Source: Felis catus
Taxonomy: Eukaryota
Direction: 5' to 3'
Length of the DNA: 64,000 nt
NCBI RefSeq assembly: GCF_018350175.1
Contig: NC_058368.1
Location: forward strand, 31,436,001-31,500,000
A program made the translations under genes and the position numbers. Of the stretch, positions 50,630-63,210 are shown one piece after another; within the stretch, counting starts at the first letter, position 1, and the number at the start of each line of letters is the position of its first letter. Under the pieces are notes generated by a model. It searched no databases. It was not told where the DNA came from and was given only the letters and a program-made list of their open reading frames with translations.

Positions 50630-51130
50630 TGTGGCAGATTGCAGTTTTTGAAAGAAGGCACTAGAACATTTCTGGTCCATGTATTCTTCCAGAAACTGTC
50701 ACTCCTCCATCAACATGAGAATTCTATTTCCCTTTCAGTCGAAATTAAGCAGGCTTTTTCAATGCATTGGCCCATAGATTATATCAATAGTGACACCACC
50801 TAACTTCTAACTCGGCAACATAAAGCTGATATGGCTTCTGCCTGAATCTCTCATTTAGGATGGTTGAAACCAAACTTCTATGTGATGCAGAGGCCCATGC
50901 CATGCCATATGGCAGCCAACATCAACCTCCACATATACAAGTGAACAAACCTTCATATGATTCTAGACTCCAGACTCTGAATGGCACCATATGGCACTGA
51001 GTGGAACAGAAGACAAGCTCTCTCTGCTGAGCACTGCCCAAATTGCAGATTGATGAACAAAATAAATGTTGTTGCTTTAAGCCATTAAGTTTTGAGATTG
51101 TTTATTAGATAGTAAGAGATAACCAGGATA
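50630..51130 (+). mobile_element. MaLR LTR (MLT1G/H-like), possibly preceded by the end of an MLT1 internal region
   Basis: tgtggcagattg start; ctgctgagcactgcccaaattgcagattgatgaacaaaataaatgttgttgctttaagccattaagttttgag...gataaccaggata end. Confidence 0.82.
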
Positions 51131-51509
51131 ATTTGCATATTGTAAGCACTCAATAAATATTAATAGTTATTTTTTAAAAGTAGAATAAGTATTCTCTTTC
51201 AGTACTCTCTGACTCCAAAACATATGTTTTTAATCCCTATGCTATAACAATATCACTTCTCTTACTCAGTATCATCAACAAACCTCATTTATTAAGTTCC
51301 AATGAGTTCAGGTACTATACAAAGAGAACCAACTTTTTGTCTAGATGCTACTATTTCCTGGGGTAAGAGGCAGAAGTCAATCTATAAATAGTAGCAGCTT
51401 GAACATAACAAAACGGTATACAAAATACCATATTCTCCAGTGATCAATTTCAACAACAAGAAGAAATGGAAAGAGAGAGAAGGTAGACAACTGTTAGTAT
51501 CTCCATAGC

Positions 51510-51630
51510 AAATAGATTTTGAGCTTCATAAGGGCAAGGACTCTTCATTATTCAATTCAGTGTCCCCTAAATCAAACACAGTGCCTCACACATAGTATGA
51601 AGTCAGTAAATAGGCAATGAATCCATGGAT
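51510..51630 (+). mobile_element. L2 3' end
   Basis: tagattttgagcttcataagggcaaggac...cacagtgcctcacacatagta...cagtaaata. Confidence 0.7.
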
Positions 51631-53190
51631 TATAGGGTAAAACAAGTGAGCACCAGGCACAACCCTTGAATGCAGAAAGATTTTGCTGAAGAGAAATTTG
51701 GAATTCATCTCATAAGAACCTCTTGTTTTCTAAAGAACACTGAAGTGCACAGAATAAAGAGAACTACCTATGTTTGGGTCCATGTTCAGTTTGGTTAGTT
51801 TAGGCCCATGCTTAGAGAAAAAGTCTCAACTGTCAGCCCAGTTGTTAATAATTATCTTTAAGGTTCTTTCCTGCTTCAACAGCATGATTCTTGGTCCTAT
51901 TACTGTACTACATTTTCTTCCTGGCTTCTTTCAATTAGTTTAAGAGAAACTAGTTGTTATTCGCTTCCTCAACAAAATCATTGATGAGTTTTGAAGTTTT
52001 GACTGTATCGTGCTAGTGCTGCAATTACTTGGGGTAAATTTTAGCAATCACTTTAAGACCCCTTCTGTGATACGCCACTGGCCATTTCCCCCTGCTTTTA
52101 TAATTCTCTCAATTCTAGTCTCCCTTTCCATTTTACAATTGTTTGCACATTCTATAGACCTGTGATGCCAAAATGCTCCTGGGAACCCACATTTCTGATT
52201 ACTTTTCTACTGCATGAAAAAGCTCCTGTGCTTTCTGGTGAAACGTTGAATCGATTTTTTATTCTGCTTGGTATGAATAAAGCACAGTCAATCCCTTCTG
52301 GTCATTAGTGATATTTGTCCACTCTCTGCTAGACTCTCTCTCTGTGGTTTCTCTTGTCCTCAGATACAAATTCCTTTCTATCTAATTCAGAGCATTGCCA
52401 GGGATTAGTTGAGGATTACACTGTTTAAAATGTTTTCTTTCTATGGCTGTAGTTGAGTTACATTTAAACGATTTACAAAATTTAAATAGCTTTTTTTAAG
52501 CAAGGCACTGTTTCAGTTTTTAAAGATTATTTTTCATCAATTGATGCTTCCTATGACTATTCTATTCCTTACAGCCTGTAGTAATGAAGTAAAATACAGT
52601 TGTTCTCAAACATTTGCTCAGGAATCTAAATATCTTTTTGTTTCTTCTCTTCACTTTTTCCTGTGCTCGATCAATATCTTGTTTTTCTTTCTCATTCTGA
52701 GTAGTGGTAGAACATCACATGTTCCCTGGTGAATGCCTGACAGGTAGATGAATTTACTCACTTGCTTTCAGGCAAAACCATATCAGTGTCTGATTACTCT
52801 CCCCATTGCCTTATATTTTGAGCCTTCATCCTTTCATTTGTTCATTCTCTCCTTGTTTTGTTTTGTTTGTTTTTTTAATGCCTTCCCTTCTCTGACTCAG
52901 GATGAAGTTCAAAACATTGACAGAGCTGGAAGTTGGAGAGTTAAAACAACCTAGATAAAATCTCTCTTACCTTTTAAAAAGTAACAACTATGTGAGAGAC
53001 TGTTGGAGGCATATTATTTTCTAAGGAAAAGTGTTTATTGCAGGTGATTTGTTTGCTTTGTTTTCTATGGGTAAGTGGTTATTTTTTTGTCCATTTTTAA
53101 TTGTGGATATATTTTCCATATACATGGAGGGACTGAAACCTACAATGTTTAGCTTCATATACATTAGATTGAGTGCCTGAATTCAATTTA

Positions 53191-53480
53191 CTGGTGTTCC
53201 ACAAAATATGTTCAGAGGAACAGTAGTTCCATGGAATATTAGTAAATGTTCATTATTTTAAAAATAAGATTTCTTATTTACATAATGTTTTAGAAATGCT
53301 AGATTAAAATAAACAGTTCTTTGGATTTTTTTTTACTGTAAATTTCTGAGAATCCTTAAGATGCTAATGTTTATAGTGGTACTCTAAACCTTATTTGAGG
53401 TTAGTGTTTACAAAAGTTATTTGACCTCATAAAATATTGTTGATAGACCATATCATAAGATTAGTGTTTCGTGGAATTCA
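53191..53480. mobile_element. hAT-Charlie-type non-autonomous DNA transposon remnant (MER112-like)
   Basis: gtgttccacaaaatatgttcagaggaacagtagttccatgga...gtgtttacaaaagttatttgacc...attagtgtttcgtggaa. Confidence 0.5.
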
Positions 53481-55226
53481 TATCGATAGAGAAATGTACC
53501 AACAGTTACTCACAAGTCAAATGAAATTTACATCAGTAATTCTAAAAAGCATTCATTTATTCTTGGTGAGAATGAAAAAAGCATAAAGTAAATCCTTGAG
53601 GTGAAACTTGGTATCAACAGATAACTCAGTATTTTTTTGCATGTCTTTTGCTCATGCATATAACAGTATCACTGCTCCATGTTCAAAATAATAAGTTACT
53701 TCAAGTTATATCCTTGATATTTTCAGTCACATTCACCAAACATTTATTGCTCCCATAAATTGTTTGTTTGTTTGTTTTTATCCCTTTGTCTCTGATAGAT
53801 TAGCGGCTGGCCACCTACAATGTCCTTAGACACATGTCAGTTGTCCTTCCTGCACTTTGACCTCTGATTGGTCGGATGTCTCAGATCCTCTCTCAACCTT
53901 CACAGTAATTCCAGCCCAGCATAGCAGGAAACTCTCAGGGACGACTGTAACCCAGATGCAGAAGTAGTTATTGAGGCAACAGTTCAGCTCCTTCTGTCTC
54001 CATAGATGATATCATTACTGACTGAAGATATGTAAGACCCCACTTCCACTCCTTTTCTTTTTATGTGTCTATGTTTCAGCCACAACCCCTATTTTTGCCT
54101 TTTTTCACACACTTCCATCTCTACTTGTTGACAGTATCTTTTCATTCAAGTTTCCCTTCAAATAAGACTTCTAAGTGTTCCCCAATGTTCCAAACTCAAA
54201 TCTACCAATTTCATCTTGTTTTTCCTATAGTCCTTTGACTCCTTTTCTATATCCTTAACTACATCATCTATTGCTAGGCAAGAAATATGCCATTAAAAAA
54301 ATACTTATTACCAAGCCTTCAGTTTATATAACATGTATAGGAATTCAGGAAATGCTTTTTGATCAAGAAAATTCAAGAATATTATTCCTTATTTTCCATT
54401 GCAAGGTGCAGTTTTATTCTTAAGTATTGGCATCTTTGCTTTTTGCTTTTAAGGTCCTTTTTTTTTGTTTTGTTTTGTTTCTTTCTTTCACAAGAGATTT
54501 CAAGCTTTTATTTCTCAACATGACAACTGAAGAAAAGGGAATAATTTTTATAAATAGTTTTCATTAGCAAATGATTGCAAAGAGCTTTTCAAGTATAAAG
54601 TGCTATAATACATGTTGTGAAATAATACTCAAAATAATTGAAGTGGGGCACAATTACCTAGTGCAATGAAAAATAAATGGTATTAGGATTTAAGGCACTA
54701 CCTTTCTCAATCTCCACAAACACATTTCCTCTAAATATCATATGCATATTTAATCATTCTTTTATAGATACTAAATAACTCATTCCTACTTTTATCCACT
54801 TTATATATATTTGGTTGCTCTTTCAGTTAGGCTGTCTCCAATCTGGGCCTTCATTTTAGAAATACACGCTTATATCACACTTATACACATTATATCTTAT
54901 AGCAAAACCCATTCTTTAATACTTAAAAGATTTTCATTTTTTCCCTAGAAAATAATATGAATATGTGATTAGATTTAAAATTCACATTGTTTTAATTTTG
55001 CAACTATTTTTAATTTTATGTAAAATATATCGTTCCTATGTTTACCTACTAAATCTATGGCTATTTTAAACAAAGCAAATAATCCTCAAAGATGGAATTT
55101 ATGAATATCTAAAAGAAAAAATCTAAGACTTTTTAAGGACCTTAAAGTAGAGGAGTTTTCAAGTGGGAAATCATGTGTAATCATTGTTTTAAGATGGTTA
55201 GGTGTTGTTGGGGGGGGGTGCAGTGT

Positions 55227-55470
55227 GGCACCTGGGTGGCTCAGTCCATTAAGCGTCTGACTTAGGCTCAGATCATGATCTCTTGGTCTTTGAGTTTGAA
55301 CCCAGTGTTGGGCTCTGTGCTGACAGCTCAGAACCTGATCCCTGCTTCAATTCTCTGTCTCCCTCCCTCTGCTTGCACTCCCCTGCCTGCACTCTTTTTC
55401 TCTCTCTCTCTCTCAAAAATAAACATTAATATAAAATAAAGTAAAATAAAATAAAATAAAATAAAATAAA
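55227..55470 (+). mobile_element. Can-SINE with (AAAAT)n tail
   Basis: ggcacctgggtggctcagtc head; TSD atggttagg (55194-55202 / 55471-55479). Confidence 0.92.
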
Positions 55471-55699
55471 ATGGTTAGGGACATTTTTTAGAATGAAAGT
55501 TTACTGAATGAGTGATACAACATTTTAATTCCCCAATGAACATTATTTCTATTTTTGCACATAATTATTTTATTTCAAAACTTGTGAGAGTCACAGGATA
55601 TCATGTAATATTTACAGAAAACACTAAAAAAGTGACTAGCGCCTGAACAATATTAGTAAATAGTGTTGATTATCAAATCTGATACATGCCAAACTTGAT

Positions 55700-56760
55700 T
55701 TATAGAATATTTTAAATACAAGAGACTCTAGGGGTCATCATCTGAGTCAATATTGAATCTGAAGGAGAATCTTCTCTATGATGTCTTGATAATCACTGTT
55801 TGAACATTTCCAATGTTGAAATCTGTTTTGTTGTGTTTCTTTTCCCATTTTGTGAACCTCATACATTTTAGTTTACATTTAGCCTAATTATATCTTCATA
55901 TGATGTCTGCTGTTATTCAACTTACTGAAAGTATATACGTAAGTCAAACCTATTTCTTTACATAAAGGACTTGCAAAATATAGAGCTGCTAAATTAGCGA
56001 ATAAAAATAAAAGATACACATTTAAAAGTGGATTTCAGATAACAAGTAACTTTTTACCATAAATATGCCCCAGGCAATTTTCACGTGCAGTGTTGGGCAG
56101 CTTATAATAACTACAAAAGTATTCACCATTTTTCTAAAATTCAAATTGAACTTGGAATTCTGTATTTTATCTGGCAAACTTATTCAAAGACAGTTTCCTA
56201 TTCTAACATCTTTCTAGTCTCTCTAGGTTTAGGCTAAATGTACAAATGTAAATTATTGGGAAATAGCAGCTCTATGTGCTTTCAAGACTCATAATCACTC
56301 TGGAAATGTTGCATTTATGACCACATGAAATTACCACAATCGTGAAGCATAGTCTACACTGAAAAGACTATTGGGGTTGTGACTTTCTTTAATCTTTCAT
56401 CAATGTAGTTTAAGATTCAACATGTCTTTTTATTTGTCTCCTTCTTTGAATTTTTGCAGCAGTGTCATATTGCTGGCATACATTATTCCTGTGTCAACTG
56501 GAACACTAAATGCAACCTATACCCCCATGGTCATTCCATCATGCTATACATATGCCATGGATTTTGAACCTAAATGCTTCCCTTTCTACTTGGTCTTCAT
56601 CTTCAACCTAAACCAAGTTATTTTAGTTGGGATAGTTTCCATTACTGAAAGTGTTCTCTGCTTTTTAATAATCACTGCCTTTATGCAATACCTTACTGCT
56701 TTAAAATACAGTTGATTTAAAATAAATGTTCATCTTTTCAAATAATTCTCAGGAACACAT
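55700..56760 (-). mobile_element. Ancient CR1/L3-like LINE remnant, interrupted by MER53
   Basis: atagaatatt...gagactctaggggtcatc...ctgtttgaacatttccaatg, ctctctaggtttaggctaaat; weak similarity only. Confidence 0.4.
55981..56182. mobile_element. MER53-like palindromic DNA transposon (MITE)
   Basis: Ends tagagctgctaaa... and ...ctgtattttatctggcaaactta; internal gatttcagataac / ttctaaaattcaaattgaact symmetry. Confidence 0.75.
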
Positions 56761-57974
56761 TCATTCTGCAACATTCAAGTTGTATGTGTATGAATTAGTA
56801 AATCATGATAAAAATGTTCTTTTATTATTATCATTACATTCCCTTTATGTTGTTTATTTATAGTTTCCATTTTAATGAAGACATTTGTAGAATCTAAGTT
56901 GATATTTCCTGAAAATTATCTTACATAAGAATAGTTCCACATTACAATGCACAATTATTGAGAACAATGCATTAACTGTGCTCACATTCCTCATGATACA
57001 CAAATCAGCTACTTTTGGCAATTCATAGGAAAATGTTTACTCTAGGCTTAGGTTACCAACTATAGGTATATGAAGATATTTTAACAGATAAATGACCTAC
57101 AATTAACATTTAGATAATTGTTTACTAAAAATATTGGCAGGAGGGTGAAGAAAGAGCCATTAGGTTTGTTTTGCTTTTTTTTTTTTTTTTTTTTTGGACA
57201 ACTTGCTTTCTAACGTATAGATGGTCAGTTCACATTTTTGTGGCTTGGAAGTGATCAATGCTAGAATTATGTAGAAGGTACTGAGATGATCCATTACAGA
57301 CTTCCCTACATTATTTTCATTTCTGATGGTAAGTTAAAATTATATTATGGTATTATTAAAACTGGATTCCTAAAATATATTTACCTGGCAGATGGAAATC
57401 TAATCAAAGTTTCAACTACATATAAGTTTTCTAGTAACGACCCTATAGGGCTGAAACACAGAAGTGAGTCATTTTGAATCCCTCTGTGAATAATTTGTTA
57501 GGCAGCAATTTCAAAGCTTTCACATTTCTAATATAAATTTAAAATGAATTTTGGTAAACATATTGAGGTTATGTGAAAGTTAATGCATTTTTAAACAGAT
57601 AATCCTACCTTCCTGAATAGAACATCAATTGCTTGGAAGCAGGATAAGAAATCAGTTTTAAACTTTACTTCCTGATAGTTCAAATAATATCACAAATAAC
57701 CATATTTTGGGAGATAGAAAAATAGACCAAAAGTTAGGATTTTCATTGAACTTATACATTATCTAAGAACCCAAAAAATTAATACTCACTTATTTGGATA
57801 TATACAGGAATCAATTTCAAAGACAATTTATTACTGTTTAATTTATAACCAAGTCCTTAATGTAGAAAATAACACTTTAAATAGCCTATCCTATCAGATA
57901 TATTCCAGTACTGACTTCTGTTGAATCATCTTCGAATATATCAAGAATTTACCATTCTCAGTTGTGAAAGGAAA

Positions 57975-58680
57975 ATTGCAACAGATGGAGTGAAAAAGGC
58001 AAGAAAGACTTTACTCTAGACTATTGCAATAGGGGAGAGAGATAGAATCTAACTACCTTGAAACAAAAGGTGTTAGGGGCAGGAGAAAGGGAATTTTTAG
58101 CACTGGGGTGAGCTGAAGTATTGGAGGACTGAGCTTGAGTGGTTCAGTTGGTTGAGCATCCGAATCTTGGTTTCAGCTCAGGTCATGATCTCATGGTTCT
58201 TGAGACCAAGCCCCACGTCAGGCTCTATGCTGACAGTGCAGAGCCTGCTTGGGATTCTCTCTCTCTCCCTCTCTCTGCCCCTTCCATGCTCTCTCTCTCT
58301 TTCACTGTCTCTCAAAATAAATAAAATAAACTTAAAAAAATATTAGACACGAATGGAGAAGATTGATAAATATGATTAAACCATCTGTGTTTGCTAATTG
58401 TAGTTTACTCAGTTAGATATCTATCCATTCACAGAGCCTGACAGAGAGGGGCACTATCTCCTTCAATGTTTACTTTTTAAAGGGATGGTTCTCAGATCCT
58501 TGAGAACCTGGGTTGTAAAACTAGCCAAAGGCTAGGAGATTTACATCTAAAAGGAGCAGAGAAAGAATCTGTAATTAAATTTTCTAAAGTAAATGCTCTG
58601 AGAAAAGGAGGTCAGAAGCCTAAGAAAGAAGACTGTGTAAAGTTTAATCAAGATGAAGGAAAGGTTAAGACCATCTTTAT
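57975..58680 (-). mobile_element. ERV1 solo LTR (MER67-like), interrupted by a SINE
   Basis: Minus strand cttgattaaacttta...ctgacctccttttctcagagcatttactttagaaaa...ttctttctctgctccttttagatgtaaatctcc...gttttacaacccagg...ggagatagtgcccct matches recalled MER67 motifs. Confidence 0.75.
58126..58340 (+). mobile_element. Can-SINE nested in the LTR
   Basis: gtggttcagttggttgagcatccga...ttcagctcaggtcatgatctcatgg; AATAAA tail. Confidence 0.9.
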
Positions 58681-59307
58681 CCCATTTAAAAAAAAAATGG
58701 AATTTATAACAATCCACTTGTAAAAAAAAACCCCACAGCTGGGTTACTATATCACAGATATAAGTCTTTTTCTTATTTATAATACATGAAAAATGTACTG
58801 AACATTGGATGAACCAAAGGAAACCATTTAACAAAAGACCTTCAATTTTTGCTAATCAAGCACTAACATTTTGGTTATTCTTTCATACCTAATAGGAGAT
58901 TTATTTTATCAACAGCTTCAGAAGAGAATATATAATTTTATTATAGCTTGTGACATATTTAGTAGTGATCCTCAGAAGACCACTATGAGATCCTTGAAAT
59001 ATATTGGCTTTTCTTACTGTCCTATGCTCTGAGATTACTATGACTTACTTTAGCTACCCCGATACTAGATTTCCAATTTCTAGTAATTTTTATTTTAGCT
59101 ATACCTAAAAATTAATATAAAGATAAACTACTGAAAAAGAGGTTTAGCCTATTTTTAAATTTGATGAGATCACATTATAATTTTGGATCTTACTGTGGAT
59201 TATTTTTCATCTCACATTTCATATTGATAAGGATTCAACAATTCATGTAGTTGAATACAAATTATGTCCAAAACTTAATGTTAGTGCTTAAAACTGACAC
59301 CATCTCT

Positions 59308-59588
59308 ATAAGTCAGGCAAAGAAATACAGATACCATATATTTTCACTCATATCTGGATCCTGAGAAACTCAACAAAAGACCAGGGGGGTGGAGAAGGGG
59401 GGGGGGAGTTACAGAGAGGGAAGGAGGCAAACCATAAGAGACTCTTAAATATTGAGAATAAACTGAGGGTTGATGGGCAGGGGAGGGGAAAGTGGGTGAT
59501 GGGCATTGAGGAGAGCACCTGTTGGGATGAGCACTGGGTGTTGTATGGAAACCAATTTGACAATAAATTTCATATAAAAAATAAATAT
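59308..59588 (+). mobile_element. 5'-truncated felid L1 3' end
   Basis: Similar to 12935-13215; TSD aactgacaccatctct (59292-59307) / aactgagaccatctct (59589-59604). Confidence 0.93.
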
Positions 59589-59604
59589 AACTGAGACCAT
59601 CTCT

Positions 59605-59740
59605 GTGACAGATTTATCCACATTTTACATATGAGGAAACTGAGGTAGAGAATAGTTAATTAACTTGTCCAAGGTCACACACTGTGTCATGCTGCATTGG
59701 AGACTGAAGGAGATTTGATGCTAAGTTGCATATTAACTGT
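59605..59740 (-). mobile_element. MIR
   Basis: cattttacatatgaggaaactgagg...taacttgtccaaggtcacac core. Confidence 0.8.
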
Positions 59741-60137
59741 CCAACTGTATCACCTAAAAAGACTGAGGGCTACCATTAAAAAGGTCTCACTGCCCTTCTA
59801 TGAAGAAATTTTCTGCAGTTATTTCTATTTTGACAGTGACCTGTCCATATCAGGAGTTCCTTTGGAGATGTACCTATTTTCTACATTATACAATTGGTTG
59901 TGCTTGTTAGGTTGAAGATTTAGCTCTTGCTTCCTGGCCTATTTACTTTGGATACTATTCAAGTTTTATTCTTGCTGCTATTGCATTTCCTTTTTTGTTT
60001 CTTTCTGTTTCTCCTTTTACAATGTACCTACTAGACACTGATCTCTAGACAGAATTTAATCAAGCACTTATATGTCAGGACTTCCTCAAGTTTCCCTAGC
60101 TGTGCTGAACCATTCTCTATTTCCTCCATCTTTCTTT

Positions 60138-60359
60138 TTTTTTAATTTTTTTTAACGTTTATTCATTTTTTAAGGGACAGAGAGAGACAGAGGATGAGTG
60201 GGGGAGGAGCAGAGAAAGAGGGAGACACAGAATCCGAAGCAGGCTCCATGCTCTGAACTGAGAGCACAGAGCCCGAGGTGGGGCTCAAACTCACAAACTG
60301 TGTGATCATGACCTGAGCCGAAGTCAGAGGCTCGACAGACTGAGCCACCCAGGAGCCCC
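60138..60359 (-). mobile_element. Can-SINE
   Basis: SINE body; TSD cctccatctttctt on both sides. Confidence 0.95.
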
Positions 60360-60901
60360 ACCTCCATCTTTCTTAAATCAGAACTTGAGCAGCATCACCT
60401 GTTAGAAACTACACCTGCAAATGTGGCACCTGACAGTTCTCACTCCAGCCCCAGAGAAGCCCTGACGCAGTTATGAAACCATGTGGGCCAATGTGGGGTT
60501 TCTCATGGGCCAACTCATAGTGGTGCAAACACAATACGTGGTAGCTAAGAGAAACAGTAATTGATATTGTGTTATAGGACGGTCTACAAGACTCCCCCCA
60601 CCCCTTCTTTTGTTACTTGGAGAACTCTCACTTAATAATTATGCCTAGATCTATCGTTCCTTTTCATTCTGGAGCATGGTCTCTTGCCACCTCTCCTATT
60701 TGTCTATCTTCCCACCAGAAGAAGCTTCCGTGTGTTACTAGCCTACATACATTACTGCAAGTAATCAACAAATGCTCACTGAATGAATGAATACAACAAG
60801 TATTCCAAAAAAATCAGGGAAAGGGAAAAATATGTCGACTACTGGAAGCAAGAGTGGGATTTAGTAAAACAGCAGAAATGTTATACGTGGGATAAAGTTT
60901 A

Positions 60902-62020
60902 GTCATTCATTTACTGTTCATTCAACAGATAAATACTGGACATTAACAATGTGCTGGGCACTTATAAGTCACTATGGATACAGTGGTGACTAAAATACAG
61001 TCTTTAGCTTCAAGCCACTTTATGCCCACCTGAGGACATAGACAAGTAAACACATAATCTCAATAAAGTGTGATATGTAGTTGTCTACAGTGTTTCATGA
61101 AAACATGAAGGGCAGATGTCTCATAAAAGCCTAAAGATGAAGAGAAGATTCCTGAATAAGCACCCTGGATAGTTTAGAACTGGTCAGTGACTGCAGTCAA
61201 AGCTGCTGCAAGTCATGAAATACAAGTGTTCCAAGGAGGGAAAAAAATTACTAAATGCAAAGACCTAAAATAGAATGGAATTATACATTCTAGGAAACTG
61301 GAAGTAATTCAGTATGGATAAGAATGACAAGACGTGGGATTGGGGATGCAATAGGAATCAGATCATTACGAAGAATGTGGCATGCAAGAATGTTAAGGAA
61401 TCTGTGATATATATATTTTTTTCTGTTTAGTAAAACAGGCAACCACAGGCGTTTTAAGCAGAGGAGCTCTAAGACCGGGTTTTCATTTCATTTTTTTGTT
61501 TGTTTGTTTGTTTTTTGTACTGCAATGTGGTAAATGCATTGGAAAGATCCAAATCTGAAAGTAGACCAAAAAATATATATTGTAGTAATGTATATCAGAA
61601 ATGATGGTCTTCTGAAATGGGAGAATAATGGTGCAAATGAGGTACTGTATTTTGTTGATGTGACATATGCCATTTGGGTGAGGGAGGAGTCAAAGATGAT
61701 TCCCATGATTTCTGCCTTGGAAATTGGATAGGTAGTTGTTTCACCTTGAGAAGACAAAGGGATATTCAGGTTGGGGGAAGTGGGTGTGAGAAATGATGTA
61801 TTCAGTTTCATAACTTGTGAGTTTGAGGCACTTGTGAGATGTCCCATAGTTCTGTAGGTGAGAATACATCAGACTCAAGGAGCATTCTGACATGGAAATA
61901 TGTATCAGTAAGATAGTAGCATATAGAAAATATGTAAAGTTATCAGAGTGTTAGAGTAGTACCTAAGGAACATCAACATTTAACTGGCAAGTGCAGAATG
62001 AAACAGAGAGGAAATGAATC
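60902..62020 (-). mobile_element. L2 (3' end and body)
   Basis: ttcattcaacagataaatactg...atgtgctgggcac...atggatacagtggtga; gagggaggagtcaaagatgattccc; ttcagtttc...gtgagtttgaggcacttgtgagatgtcc. Confidence 0.75.
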
Positions 62021-62029
62021 ACTATCGAC

Positions 62030-62268
62030 CAGTGGTTCTTGACTGGGTTCAATATAGTCCCCCAACAGCTATTTGTCAATGTCTGGAGTCATTTTTTAGG
62101 GTCATGATGGAGGAAAGGGGTGGGGATGAAGTGTGCTATTAGAATCTACTTGGTAGAGTCCAGGAATGGGCCAAGGTTGCTACTAAAAATCCACAGTGCA
62201 CAAGACAACACCTAAAAACAGTCTTATCTAGTCCAAAATATCAATCATGTAAAGACTGAGAAATCTTG
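62030..62268 (+). mobile_element. MER20-like hAT-Charlie DNA transposon
   Basis: cagtggttct...atttgtcaatgtctggag...tgctattagaatctacttggtagagtccagga...acagtgcacaagaca...tatctagtccaaaatatcaat...tgagaaatcttg. Confidence 0.8.
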
Positions 62269-63085
62269 TTACAGAAAAAAAAAGACTATGTAGTACTAGT
62301 ATCTGAAAGTAAAGTTAAGGCCATTTGAAGGAAGAAACAGAGGAGAAATATAAATCAAATTTCTTTTGGAATGGATCTATTGGGGAAAATAATTTTAATG
62401 AATTAGAGTGTCAGATGGCAAGAGACTGAGATATAAGCAGAAGGAGTATGACCTCAAAGAAAGGCTTTTCAAAACCAAATATCTTCTAAAAGCTTAAATA
62501 TTAATGGAAATAAGCCATGGGATAGGAAAAAACACAAACAGAATAGACAGTCAATGGAACAGAGAAAAGGAGCCAAGAGGTAGAGAAAAATGAATAGAAA
62601 ATGGATCATGAATGACACAATGGGAAAGAGGTGGGATCAAACCTACAAGACTAGGGAAATACAGTTTTCATTGAGGGAAGGAAGGAAAATGATGATGAAT
62701 TCAGCTATTGCATAAAATTGTGACAGTTAATTAAGGCAATTCTTATCTTTGTGAATTTGAAGATGAAGCCATCTAGTGAAAATGGGAAAGTGTGGTGAAA
62801 TAAGAGACTTCATAGGGATATGGGCTTATAGTATCCATCCTGAGCAATGAGGGAGGAATCTGACCAGGGAAACACAAAAGGATTATGCCTAACATCTACT
62901 AAAATCTATAGTGATGTAGTCACCCAAGGGGAAATGCAATTCTGAAGGTAGAGGCTGTTTCACATTTTTAACTTGTACCAGGTATCATAACCATCTACGC
63001 TTCATATCTTTTATCTTGCTACATCTTCCTTTCCCCCTCCTACTCCACTTGTCTCACACTTTTTTTTTGAAAGCTAGTCTTTTTT

Positions 63086-63210
63086 GGGGCACCTGGCTTG
63101 CTCAGTCAGCATAGATTGCAACTCTCGATCTCTGGGTTATAAATTTCTAGCCCCACGTTGGGTGTAGAGATTACCTAAAAATGAAATCTTAGAACAAAAA
63201 TTAAAAAAAA
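63086..63210 (+). mobile_element. Short tRNA-like Can-SINE (old short type)
   Basis: ggggcacctggcttgctcagtc...agccccacgttgggtgtagagattac; TSD gaaagctagtcttttt (63069-63084) / gaaagctaatcttttt (63211-63226). Confidence 0.88.

Noticed and set aside
63086..63170. tRNA-like sequence
   Set aside because: Has an A-rich tail and TSD and a decayed cloverleaf, so it is a SINE rather than a tRNA gene
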